Assembly (NCBI GenBank): GCA_964496435.1 | Contig: CAZBZP010000005.1 | Location: 10,097-74,096 of the forward strand | Direction of reading: 5' to 3' | Length of the DNA stretch: 64,000 bases | Source of the DNA: Uncultured Candidatus Berkiella sp. | GTDB taxonomy: Bacteria; Pseudomonadota; Gammaproteobacteria; Berkiellales; Berkiellaceae | Part shown: positions 35,777 to 44,277 of the stretch, one piece after another | Numbering within the stretch: the first letter of the stretch is position 1 | Layout of the letters: each line of letters opens with the position of its first letter | Notes under the pieces: generated by a model | What the model saw: only the letters and a program-made list of their open reading frames with translations | The model's database searches: none | What the model was told of the DNA's origin: nothing | Position numbers and translations under genes: made by a program

Positions 35777-35876
35777 CGACAACTAAAGGTTGTCGCCCCC
35801 CTTTGATAACAAAGGGGGGGCAGATCTCATCCCCCCTTTGTTATCAAAGGGGGGAAACCCGCAGGGAGGGGGGTTT
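35777..35876. repeat. nest of G/C-homopolymer-flanked palindromes (REP/MITE-like element or compound terminator)
   Basis: CGACAAC-TAAAG-GTTGTCG (35777-35795). CCCCCCTTTG-ATAA-CAAAGGGGGG (35796-35819) and its exact reverse complement CCCCCCTTTG-TTAT-CAAAGGGGGG (35831-35854), separated by 11 nt containing AGATCT. AAACCC...GGGTTT (35855-35876). Confidence 0.8.
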
Positions 35877-38063
35877 ATGGATTTAGATCGCGCTCGAATA
35901 ATTGATTCTAACTTCAAAACCCGCGTTCTTGCTCAACATTTCCCTGCACCCAAAAGTCTAACCAAACCCCAAGATTGTGGTTTAAGCCGCGAAAGCTTTT
36001 TGCAGATCTTTGATTCACAGTTGATCAGCCGTCATCTTGATTTGATGGCGCGTATCTTGCGAGAACAGAACAAAGGTTTTTACACAATCAGCAGTAGTGG
36101 TCATGAAGCTAATGCAGCTATAGCGCAGGTCTTTAGAAAAGATGACATGGCATTTTTGCATTATAGAAGTGGGGCTTTTGTTGTTGAGCGTGCAAAAAAA
36201 GAAAGCAATATCGATATCATTTACGATCAAGTGCTTTCTTTGGTGGCTTCAAAGGAAGATCCCATCAGTGGGGGACGTCATAAAGTTTTTGGTAGCCTGC
36301 CATTATTTATACCGCCTCAAACCAGCACGATTGCATCTCACTTACCCAAAGCATTGGGTGCAGCTATTTCTTTAACCAGTGCCAAAACACTTAAATATAA
36401 GGAATTTACCAAATTACCACATGATAGTGTGATCTTATGTAGCTTTGGTGATGGTTCGGTCAATCATTCAACAGCCCAAGGGGCTTTTAATGCTTCGCGT
36501 TGGGTATTTGCGGCAAGGCGCACACTACCCTTGGTGTGGATTTGTGAAGATAATGGCATTGCGATTTCAGTGCCAACACCACCTCTTTGGATAAAAGAGA
36601 CATTCGAACAGCAAAAAGGTTTACATTATATAGCATGTGATGGTTGTAATATTGCCGATGTTTATAGCGCAGCGCTTAAAGCTGAAAAATGCGCACGTAA
36701 AAAAAATGAGCCTGTCTTTTTGCATATGAAGACAGTGCGCCTTTTAGGACATGCAGGCTCGGACATTGAATATCATTATCACCATGAAGCACAAATTGAA
36801 GAAGCTGAAAATAATGATCCTTTGCTACATTCAGCAAGAACACTTTGCGAAGAAAAATGGTTAACACCACTAGAAATAATTGCGCTTTATGAAAATGCTA
36901 GAGAGAGAATAAACCAAGCAACGCAGCGGGCATTACTCGCCAGTAAATTAATCAGTGCCAAAGACATTATTTCAACTATCATTCCGCCTTTAAATCCTTC
37001 ACCCATTAATCCACATGCTTACGCCCAAACTACAAAAAATATTCAAAAAAGAAATATGGCGCAAAGTATTAACTTGGTTTTAGCAGAAATCTTAAGTCGT
37101 TATGATAATGCGATTATTTTTGGTGAAGATGTTGGCAAAAAAGGGGGTGTTTATCGTGTCACGGCAGATCTGCAAAAGGAATTTGGTCCAACAAGAGTCT
37201 TTGATACTTTGCTTGATGAACAAACAATTCTAGGCACTGCAATAGGTTATGCGCACAATGGTTTTATTCCCATCCCTGAGATTCAGTTTTTAGCCTATAC
37301 CCTTAATGCGGTTGATCAAATAAGAGGGGAGGCTGCTACCTTGTCCTTTTTTTCGCAAGGACAATATACCAATCCGATGGTGATACGGATCCCTTCATTT
37401 GGTTATCAAAAGGGTTTTGGAGGTCATTTTCATAACGATAATGCTTTTGCCTTTTTGCGTGAAATCCCAGGCCTTGTTATTGTTTGTCCTTCAACGGCAG
37501 CTGATGCGGTTAAACTTTTTCGCACAAGCATTGAATTAGCTAATACATTTCAACGCGTGGTGATATTCCTTGAGCCAATTGCTTTGTATATGGTGAAAGA
37601 TAAATATGAAGTTAATGATAATCTTGCACTAGAAGATTATCCTAATATAACTGATACAATTTCAGTGGGGGAAGTGGGTATTGAAGGTGATAGAAATAGT
37701 AAAATTGTCCTTATCAGTTATGGTAATGGCATGACTTTGAGTCGCAAGGCAGCATATCGATTAGCACAAGAGCATGGCATATCGATTAAATTAATAGATT
37801 TAAGATGGTTAGCGCCATTAAATACCCAAGATCTTTTAAAAGAAATACAAGAAGCTAGTCATGTGCTGATTGTAGATGAATGCCGAAAAACAGGTAGTTT
37901 AAGTGAAGAGCTTTTTGCTTTGTTGGTGGAGCAAAGTGTCCATCTGCCCACCATCAAGCGTATTAGCGCACAAGATTCCTTTATTCCGCTAGGAAGTGCT
38001 TGGGAATATATCTTGCCAAGCGTTGAACAAATTTTAGAAACCGTTTTGCGAATGCAAATATGA
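35877..38063 (+). CDS. fused alpha/beta E1 component of a TPP-dependent 2-oxoacid dehydrogenase (728 aa)
   Basis: ATG at 35877 lies 7 nt after GGAGG. The alpha part has the TPP motif GDGS...CEDNGIAIS. The beta part is transketolase-like (IFGEDVGKKGGVYRVT..., RIPSFGYQKGFGGHFHND). The 29 upstream codons of the ORF are only the translated palindrome. Confidence 0.85.
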   Translation: MDLDRARIIDSNFKTRVLAQHFPAPKSLTKPQDCGLSRESFLQIFDSQLISRHLDLMARILREQNKGFYTISSSGHEANAAIAQVFRKDDMAFLHYRSGAFVVERAKKESNIDIIYDQVLSLVASKEDPISGGRHKVFGSLPLFIPPQTSTIASHLPKALGAAISLTSAKTLKYKEFTKLPHDSVILCSFGDGSVNHSTAQGAFNASRWVFAARRTLPLVWICEDNGIAISVPTPPLWIKETFEQQKGLHYIACDGCNIADVYSAALKAEKCARKKNEPVFLHMKTVRLLGHAGSDIEYHYHHEAQIEEAENNDPLLHSARTLCEEKWLTPLEIIALYENARERINQATQRALLASKLISAKDIISTIIPPLNPSPINPHAYAQTTKNIQKRNMAQSINLVLAEILSRYDNAIIFGEDVGKKGGVYRVTADLQKEFGPTRVFDTLLDEQTILGTAIGYAHNGFIPIPEIQFLAYTLNAVDQIRGEAATLSFFSQGQYTNPMVIRIPSFGYQKGFGGHFHNDNAFAFLREIPGLVIVCPSTAADAVKLFRTSIELANTFQRVVIFLEPIALYMVKDKYEVNDNLALEDYPNITDTISVGEVGIEGDRNSKIVLISYGNGMTLSRKAAYRLAQEHGISIKLIDLRWLAPLNTQDLLKEIQEASHVLIVDECRKTGSLSEELFALLVEQSVHLPTIKRISAQDSFIPLGSAWEYILPSVEQILETVLRMQI

Positions 38064-38072
38064 GGTGAAAAA

Positions 38073-39230
38073 ATGGAAGATTTTCTATTATTAGATGAAC
38101 AATATAGTGTTGAAGAGAAATTGATGAGAGACGCTGTGAGAAAATTTGTAGAGGCACAAGTATTGCCAAGCATTACTCAGCAATTTGAACGGGGTGAGTT
38201 TGCTCTTGAAATTATCAAAAAAGTAGGAGCATTAGGGATTTTAGGGATGACGTTACCCCAAGCAGAGGGAGGCCTTGGTGCTTCTTATGTGGCTTATGGT
38301 TTAGTGTGCCAAGAACTAGAACGTGGAGACAGCGGGCTAAGAAGTTTTGCTTCTGTGCAAAGTTCTTTATGCATGTATCCAATTCATGCCTTTGGAAGCC
38401 CTGCGCAAAAAGCACGATTTTTGCCGGAAATGGCAAATGGTAATCTAATTGGATGTTTTGGTTTAACCGAGCCAGATTCAGGTTCAGATCCTGCCAGCAT
38501 GAAAACAAAAGCAACCAGACTTGATAATGGCTGGCGTCTTAATGGTTCGAAATTATGGATAACCAATGCAACGATTGCAGACATTGCAATAATTTGGGCT
38601 AAAGATGAGTCAGATACAGTGCGTGGTTTTATTGTTGAAAAGCAATTTCCTGGTTTTAAAACAAATGAAATTAAACATAAATTATCCTTAAGAGCATCCA
38701 TCACTGGTGAAGTAGTATTGGAAGATTGTTTTGTGCCAAATGAAAATGTATTGCCTGACACAAAAGGTTTGGCCTCTGCGCTTGCCTGCTTAACCAAAGC
38801 GCGCTTTGGGATTGCTTGGGGCGCCATGGGGGCAGCGATTGCTTGTTATGAAGCGGCACTAAATTATGCTAAAGAACGTATTCAATTTGGCAAACCCATT
38901 GCCAGTTTTCAATTAATACAAGCACAGCTTGCTACGATGTTCACAGAAATCGTAAAAGCGCAAACACTCAACCTACAAGTCGCTAAATTAATGGATAAAG
39001 GAAGTGCAGACTATGTGATGGTTTCCTTAGCTAAGATGAATGCTTGCAAAGAAGCCTTAAAGATAGCCAGAATGGCGAGGAATATTTTAGGCGCGAATGG
39101 TATAAGTTTAGAATATCATGTCATACGTCATATGAATAATTTAGAAGCTGTTTTTACTTATGAGGGAACCGATAATATGCATAACCTAATTATAGGCAGA
39201 CATATTACCGGCATTAATGCGTTTAATTAA
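38073..39230 (+). CDS. acyl-CoA dehydrogenase, glutaryl-CoA dehydrogenase-like
   Basis: 385 aa with GLTEPDSGSDPASMKT, LNGSKLWITN and YEGT motifs. The overall pattern is closest to GcdH as recalled. Lies 9 nt downstream of the E1 gene with a GAGGTGA SD. Confidence 0.8.
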   Translation: MEDFLLLDEQYSVEEKLMRDAVRKFVEAQVLPSITQQFERGEFALEIIKKVGALGILGMTLPQAEGGLGASYVAYGLVCQELERGDSGLRSFASVQSSLCMYPIHAFGSPAQKARFLPEMANGNLIGCFGLTEPDSGSDPASMKTKATRLDNGWRLNGSKLWITNATIADIAIIWAKDESDTVRGFIVEKQFPGFKTNEIKHKLSLRASITGEVVLEDCFVPNENVLPDTKGLASALACLTKARFGIAWGAMGAAIACYEAALNYAKERIQFGKPIASFQLIQAQLATMFTEIVKAQTLNLQVAKLMDKGSADYVMVSLAKMNACKEALKIARMARNILGANGISLEYHVIRHMNNLEAVFTYEGTDNMHNLIIGRHITGINAFN

Positions 39231-39734
39231 TTATACTTTTAATTTACTGTTTGAAGCTTCACTAAGGGGTTCATTTTGAGTGTGAACCGCAGATATTGCT
39301 ACAGGTTGACGTTGCAGCCCATTCAAAAATTTTCTACCCGCATTTTGATGCAGCGTAAAGAGGTGACTTAAGGCATCATAAGTAGCATTAGAAAGCCAAG
39401 AGCCTGTTGGCTCACCTGAGTGTTGTCCTGAGGAATAGGTTGCAATCGAAAGAGGGGTAGATATTCTTGTAGGTATATCGCCGCTGTCTTTTAGCAGATT
39501 TCTTTGATTTTCTTCTAATTTGTCAATTGTCTGTGCGAGCGTTTGGGCCAATTTTGTAGGTGTTGGTGCAATCAGCTCACAAGTTGGTGCAGCCTCTTCT
39601 TGCACTTTTTTCGGTGCGGTTCCTGAAGGGGGTGGTAGTTCTTGTGTACCTATCACTTCGCGTATAGCTTCTATTTGAGGCTTGCGCTTTGGTTGCTTTT
39701 TTGTGGTCTCTATGCCGTTAACGCCTTTTATCAT
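39231..39734 (-). CDS. hypothetical protein (167 aa), Pro/Thr/Gln-rich, no recognised domain
   Basis: ORF with ATG at 39734. Its stop codon directly abuts the stop of the convergent acyl-CoA dehydrogenase gene. Low-complexity composition. Confidence 0.45.
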   Translation of the reverse strand: MIKGVNGIETTKKQPKRKPQIEAIREVIGTQELPPPSGTAPKKVQEEAAPTCELIAPTPTKLAQTLAQTIDKLEENQRNLLKDSGDIPTRISTPLSIATYSSGQHSGEPTGSWLSNATYDALSHLFTLHQNAGRKFLNGLQRQPVAISAVHTQNEPLSEASNSKLKV

Positions 39735-39754
39735 TTCAATCTCCTTTTCAAAAT

Positions 39755-39793
39755 GAAAAAGCTGGAATAGCTATATTAAAGCTATCCCAGCTT
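39755..39793 (-). terminator. rho-independent terminator after the DegS/HtrA-like gene
   Basis: AGCTGG-A-ATAGCT / AGCTAT-CC-CAGCT imperfect hairpin. On the minus strand it is followed by TTTTTCATTTT. Confidence 0.6.
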
Positions 39794-39804
39794 TGATTTT
39801 CTAA

Positions 39805-40998
39805 TTATTCTTGCTTATTATCCTTTTCCTTTTGTTCTTTTGTTTTATTCAAAGGCCGCTTACCGACAACAACACGGTAGTCCAATGTTTCACCATTGCG
39901 AACAATAGAAATAGGATAAGCTTCATCAGGTTTGAGTTTTGAGGTAATACTCAAAACTTGAGAAGGTTCTGTTGTTGTTTTATTGTCAACGCTGATAATG
40001 ATATCGCCTGGTTTTAATCCCGCATTGAATGCAGGTCCTTGACGAATGATACCAGCTATCACCACACCATCACCCTTTGGATAATTTAAGGATTTGCGCA
40101 TTTCATCTGTCAGTTTCGCGACAGAAATTCCCAACCACCCGCGTGTTACAAAACCAGAATCAATTAACTCTGACATAACATCTTTAGCAAGATTAATGGG
40201 TATAGCAAAACCAATGCCTTGAAACCCGCCAGTACGAGATACGATGGCAACATTAATGCCTATCAAATTACCATTGACATCAATTAATGCCCCACCTGAA
40301 TTTCCAGGATTAATAGCGGCATCAGTTTGAATAAAATTTTCAAAAGTGCTTATCCCTAAATCGGAACGATGTGTTGCACTGATGATGCCATGCGTTGCGG
40401 TTTGTCCAACACCAAAGGGATTACCAATTGCAAAGGCTAAATCTCCCACACGCAAGGCTTCGGAATCTCCCATTGCAATCACTTTGAGATCAGCTAAATC
40501 AATTTTGAGTATGGCTAAATCTGTTTCAGGATCTGAGCCAATAACTTTGGCCTTTGTTTGACGACCATCAGCTAATTTAACAGAAATATCATCTGCATCA
40601 TGGATAACATGGTTATTGGTAAGAATATATCCATCTTTGGTTACGATAACGCCAGAACCAATCCCAGATTGAACTTCTGGCGGCATGTTGCGTGAATCAC
40701 CAAAAAAGTAACGATACATAGGGTCGCGCATCGCGGCATTTGCATCTTTGGGTATTGCTTTGGAGGATTGAATGCTTACAACAGCAGGAAATGCACGTGC
40801 GATTGCATCCGCATAGGAAATGGTGGCGTTACCATAGTTGATAGGGTCATTTGCTTTTTGAAATTTTGGCGCAGCGATAGCGGTTCCCCAAAACCCCAGT
40901 TTTGCCAGCAAGATTGGCGAACCAACCGCAATCGTCACTACAACGACAAGAGTTTTAATCCATTTAAATAGTGCTTTTTTAGTGCTCATCATGTTCAC
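39805..40998 (-). CDS. membrane-anchored HtrA/DegS-family serine endoprotease with one PDZ domain
   Basis: N-terminal TM segment. Catalytic triad context (TNNHV..., D..DLAIL, GNSGGAL). A single PDZ domain (GVVIAGIIRQGPAFNAGLKPGDIIISVD). The start is among GTG 40998, ATG 40992 and ATG 40989. Confidence 0.85.
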   Translation of the reverse strand: MNMMSTKKALFKWIKTLVVVVTIAVGSPILLAKLGFWGTAIAAPKFQKANDPINYGNATISYADAIARAFPAVVSIQSSKAIPKDANAAMRDPMYRYFFGDSRNMPPEVQSGIGSGVIVTKDGYILTNNHVIHDADDISVKLADGRQTKAKVIGSDPETDLAILKIDLADLKVIAMGDSEALRVGDLAFAIGNPFGVGQTATHGIISATHRSDLGISTFENFIQTDAAINPGNSGGALIDVNGNLIGINVAIVSRTGGFQGIGFAIPINLAKDVMSELIDSGFVTRGWLGISVAKLTDEMRKSLNYPKGDGVVIAGIIRQGPAFNAGLKPGDIIISVDNKTTTEPSQVLSITSKLKPDEAYPISIVRNGETLDYRVVVGKRPLNKTKEQKEKDNKQE

Positions 40999-41140
40999 TC
41001 ATTGTTCTGATAACAGGAAATTGCTTCATTATGCCTTTAAGAGCTTAAAAAATCATCCCACTTGGCTCGAAGTACAGCCCTAAGATGGGTATAATGGCCC
41101 CCGTTGCCCATTTTGGGCTGTTTAGAGACGGTTTTTATGG

Positions 41141-41953
41141 ATGGATAGTGAATTGAAGAAACTGAAACTCCAAGGTTTTAATAATCTGACTAAGAATTTA
41201 AGCTTTAATATCTACGATATATGCTATGCCAAAACCGCTGCGCAACGTCAGCAATACATTGAATATATTGACGAAGCTTATAACGCCAGAAAGTTAACTG
41301 AGATAATGTGTGAAGTAACACGTATTATCGGTGCCAATATCCTTAATATTGCTCATCAAGATTATGATCCTCAAGGAGCGAGTGTCACGATTCTCATGGC
41401 AGAAGAACCTGTCGAAAAAAGACCCTTACAAACCGAATCTCCTGGCCCCATGCCAGATGCGGTGGTTGCACATTTAGATAAAAGCCATATCGCTGTTCAT
41501 ACCTATCCTGAGAGTCATCCTGATAATGGGATCTGTACATTCAGGGCTGATATTGATGTATCCACCTGTGGATTAATTTCTCCACTAAAAGCATTAAATT
41601 ACCTTATTCATACTTTCGAGTCGGATATTGTAACTGTTGATTATCGTGTTCGTGGATTTACGCGAGATGTCAGTGGTGAAAAACATTTTATTGATCACCG
41701 TATACATTCTATTCAAAATTATTTTACACAAGACACTTTAAACTTGTATGAAATGATAGATGTGAATGTTTATCAAGAAAATGTCTTCCATACAAAGATG
41801 TTATTAAAAGATTTTGATTTAGATAATTATTTGTTTGGCACTCAAGCAGACATGTTATCAGAAGATGAACATCATGATATCCGTAGCCAATTAAAGCGCG
41901 AGATGTTAGAAATCTTTTATGGGAAAAATCTTAAAATTCCAGTATTAGCATAA
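41141..41953 (+). CDS. speD: S-adenosylmethionine decarboxylase proenzyme (E. coli type)
   Basis: [26 protein letters not shown]...[20 protein letters not shown]...[12 protein letters not shown] is nearly collinear with E. coli SpeD, including the cleavage-site Ser (LDKS-H). Confidence 0.95.
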   Translation: MDSELKKLKLQGFNNLTKNLSFNIYDICYAKTAAQRQQYIEYIDEAYNARKLTEIMCEVTRIIGANILNIAHQDYDPQGASVTILMAEEPVEKRPLQTESPGPMPDAVVAHLDKSHIAVHTYPESHPDNGICTFRADIDVSTCGLISPLKALNYLIHTFESDIVTVDYRVRGFTRDVSGEKHFIDHRIHSIQNYFTQDTLNLYEMIDVNVYQENVFHTKMLLKDFDLDNYLFGTQADMLSEDEHHDIRSQLKREMLEIFYGKNLKIPVLA

Positions 41954-41968
41954 GTTCTAGCGCCTGCC

Positions 41969-41997
41969 CTACTAAGCTTGCTTAGCAAGCTTAGTAG
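41969..41997. terminator. perfect 13-bp-stem hairpin between convergent speD and pilU (no U-tract)
   Basis: CTACTAAGCTTGC-TTA-GCAAGCTTAGTAG fills almost the whole 46-nt gap between the two stop codons. Confidence 0.5.
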
Positions 41998-41999
41998 AG

Positions 42000-43211
42000 T
42001 CAATCATCTACCAAGCTCAAACCACCACTTCCTTTGCCACCCGTTTTTTTATCATCTTTGTTAGGATTTAGTGGAAGTAATGTTGATAAAGGAGAGGTTT
42101 CTTCTTTGGGGGCATGGCTTTCTTCGTGATGTTCGTCAACCGCGGCTATGCTTTTATCCTTCATGCTAATTTTTAACCTTAAGTTATTCCGTGAATCAGC
42201 ATTACGTAAGGCTTCTTCAAGTGATATTTTCTTTTCAAAATAAAGGCGTTCTAATGCTTGATCAAAGGTTTGCATGCCAAGGTTTTCTGATTTCTCCATT
42301 GTTTCTTTAATCGCAGAGATTTCACCACGTTGAATTAAGGTTAAAACAAGGGGTGTCCCTAACATCACTTCAATGGCAGCAGTTCTTTTGCCATCCATCG
42401 TTTTGACTAACCGTTGAGAAATAATTGCTTTAAGGTTGAATGATAGATCTAGTAAAAGCTGTTGACGTCTGTCTTCAGGGAAGAAGTTAATAATCCTGTC
42501 TAATGCTTGATTGGCATTATTTGCATGAAGGGTTGATAAACATAAATGACCAGTTTCAGCAAATGAAATAGCATGTTCCATCGTTTCACGAGATCGTATT
42601 TCACCGATTAAAATTACGTCAGGTGCTTGTCGTAATGTATTTTTGAGTGCTTCCTCATAGGTTAAGGTATCCATTCCAACCTCACGTTGGTTAATAATGG
42701 ATTGTTTATGTGGATGCACATATTCGATGGGATCTTCAATCGAAATAATATGGTTTGCGCTATTTGTATTACGATAATCAATCATGGCTGCTAAAGAGGT
42801 TGATTTTCCAGAGCCAGTTGCTCCTACTATCAATATTAAACCCCTGGTTTCCATGATAATATCTTTTAATACAAAAGGTAATTCCAGAGATTCAATGGTA
42901 GGAATTTCTGTTTGGATGCGTCTGATGACAAGGGCGACATCACCGCGTTGAATAAAAATATTAACGCGAAATCTACCTAGTTTTTCATTAGCGATGGCTA
43001 AATTCATTTCCATTTTTTGTTCAAAGATAGCTGTTTGTTGAGAGTCCATTATTTCATAAGCTACTTTTTTAATTTCTTCTTTGATTAGGGGAGTATTATC
43101 AATTTGGGTTAATTTCCCATAGGATTTTACTGAAGCAGGTTTTCCTGTTGTTAAGAACAGATCAGATGCCTCAAGCTCTTTCATTTTAATGAGGTATTTA
43201 TCAATTTCCAT
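42000..43211 (-). CDS. pilU: PilT/PilU-family type IV pilus retraction ATPase (PilU-like) with C-terminal extension
   Basis: Walker A GATGSGKST, IEDPIEY, RQAPDVILIGE, GHLCLSTLHANNANQALDRII: collinear with P. aeruginosa PilU as recalled. About 40 extra acidic/Gly-rich C-terminal residues. Confidence 0.85.
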   Translation of the reverse strand: MEIDKYLIKMKELEASDLFLTTGKPASVKSYGKLTQIDNTPLIKEEIKKVAYEIMDSQQTAIFEQKMEMNLAIANEKLGRFRVNIFIQRGDVALVIRRIQTEIPTIESLELPFVLKDIIMETRGLILIVGATGSGKSTSLAAMIDYRNTNSANHIISIEDPIEYVHPHKQSIINQREVGMDTLTYEEALKNTLRQAPDVILIGEIRSRETMEHAISFAETGHLCLSTLHANNANQALDRIINFFPEDRRQQLLLDLSFNLKAIISQRLVKTMDGKRTAAIEVMLGTPLVLTLIQRGEISAIKETMEKSENLGMQTFDQALERLYFEKKISLEEALRNADSRNNLRLKISMKDKSIAAVDEHHEESHAPKEETSPLSTLLPLNPNKDDKKTGGKGSGGLSLVDD

Positions 43212-43354
43212 TTAGCATCCTTTGGGAAAGTATCGTTACATACTTGCTATAATTATTAGAATAATTATAGTAACTTACTTAATAAGTTTTTTTAATAAAC
43301 TGTGTTACTATCTAGTGAATTACTTAAATTGCTCGTTTTGTCTTAGGGGGCCCT

Positions 43355-44275
43355 ATGGATTTTGGTGGAGTTGTATTTCTGATCCTTATTTTGGCTGTTT
43401 TTGTGATATTCATGGGGGTAAAACAAGTACCTCAGGGTTATGAATGGACAGTAGAGCGCTTTGGTCGTTACATTCAAACTTTGTCCCCTGGTTTATCACT
43501 CATCGTGCCTTTTGTTGATAGAATTGGCACAAAGTTAAATATGATGGAACAAGTGGTTGATATTCCTTCCCAAGAAATTATCACCAAAGATAATGCGATG
43601 GTGAAAGTGGATGGGATCTGTTTTTATCAAGTCGTTGATGCTGCTAAAGCAGCTTATGAAGTCAGCGAATTAGACAGAGCATTACGTGCTTTAACAATGA
43701 CCAACATTCGTACCGTTTTAGGTTCTATGGCATTAGATGAAGCTTTATCTAATCGCGACCATATTAATACCAAATTGCTGTCTGTTGTTGATGAAGCTAC
43801 CACGCCTTGGGGTGTGAAGGTAACACGTGTTGAGATTAAGGATATTTCTCCGCCAAAAGATCTTGTGAATGCAATGGCGGCGCAAATGAAAGCAGAACGA
43901 GAAAAGCGCGCGAAAGTCTTAGAAGCAGAAGGGATCAGAGCATCTGCTATTTTAAAGGCAGAAGGGGATAAGCAATCTGTTGTGCTATCCGCAGAAGGTA
44001 AAAAGGAAGCGGCATTTCGTGAAGCCGAAGCAAGAGAAAGAACAGCGGCCGCAGAAGCTAAAGCAACAGAAGTGGTCAGTGAAGCCTTATCAAAAGGAAA
44101 TATCCAAGCCTTAAATTACTTTGTGGCACAACGTTATGTTGATGCTTTGGGTAAGATTGCAAGTGCAGAAAACCAAAAAGTAGTCTTGATGCCATTAGAA
44201 GCTGGTAGTGTCATTGGTTCAATTGCGGGGATTTCAGAAATCGCCAAGCAAACTTTCAATAAAGCGAAGGAATAG
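43355..44275 (+). CDS. qmcA: SPFH/band-7 (stomatin-like) membrane protein
   Basis: N-terminal TM segment, SPFH domain ([15 protein letters not shown]..., [12 protein letters not shown]...), Ala/Glu-rich coiled coil. Paired with an NfeD gene. Confidence 0.85.
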   Translation: MDFGGVVFLILILAVFVIFMGVKQVPQGYEWTVERFGRYIQTLSPGLSLIVPFVDRIGTKLNMMEQVVDIPSQEIITKDNAMVKVDGICFYQVVDAAKAAYEVSELDRALRALTMTNIRTVLGSMALDEALSNRDHINTKLLSVVDEATTPWGVKVTRVEIKDISPPKDLVNAMAAQMKAEREKRAKVLEAEGIRASAILKAEGDKQSVVLSAEGKKEAAFREAEARERTAAAEAKATEVVSEALSKGNIQALNYFVAQRYVDALGKIASAENQKVVLMPLEAGSVIGSIAGISEIAKQTFNKAKE

Positions 44276-44277
44276 AT

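Noticed and set aside
35796-35854. Possible CRISPR-like repeat pair, or a G-quadruplex formed by the G6-G7 runs
   Set aside because: There are only two copies. Each is self-complementary, they are in inverted orientation, the spacer is 11 nt, and no cas genes are present, so this is not a CRISPR array. For a G4, the loop between the first two G-tracts would be ~28 nt, and every G-run has a perfectly complementary C-run nearby, so duplex hairpins should dominate.
35790-35876. N-terminal extension of the E1 dehydrogenase ORF (MSPPFDNKGGADLIPPLLSKGGNPQGGGF...)
   Set aside because: It is just the translation of the poly-C/poly-G palindromes. It has no SD, whereas the in-frame ATG at 35877 has a GGAGG at ideal spacing and begins the conserved protein.
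38384-38827. 147-aa ORF antisense to the acyl-CoA dehydrogenase gene (also 38215..38514, 37859..38173, 36015..36230)
   Set aside because: These shadow ORFs sit within strongly supported plus-strand genes and have no motifs.
43222-43443. 73-aa ORF overlapping the qmcA start (also 44208..44483 across the qmcA/nfeD junction)
   Set aside because: Out-of-frame overlap with well-supported genes. Hydrophobic and Cys-rich junk composition.
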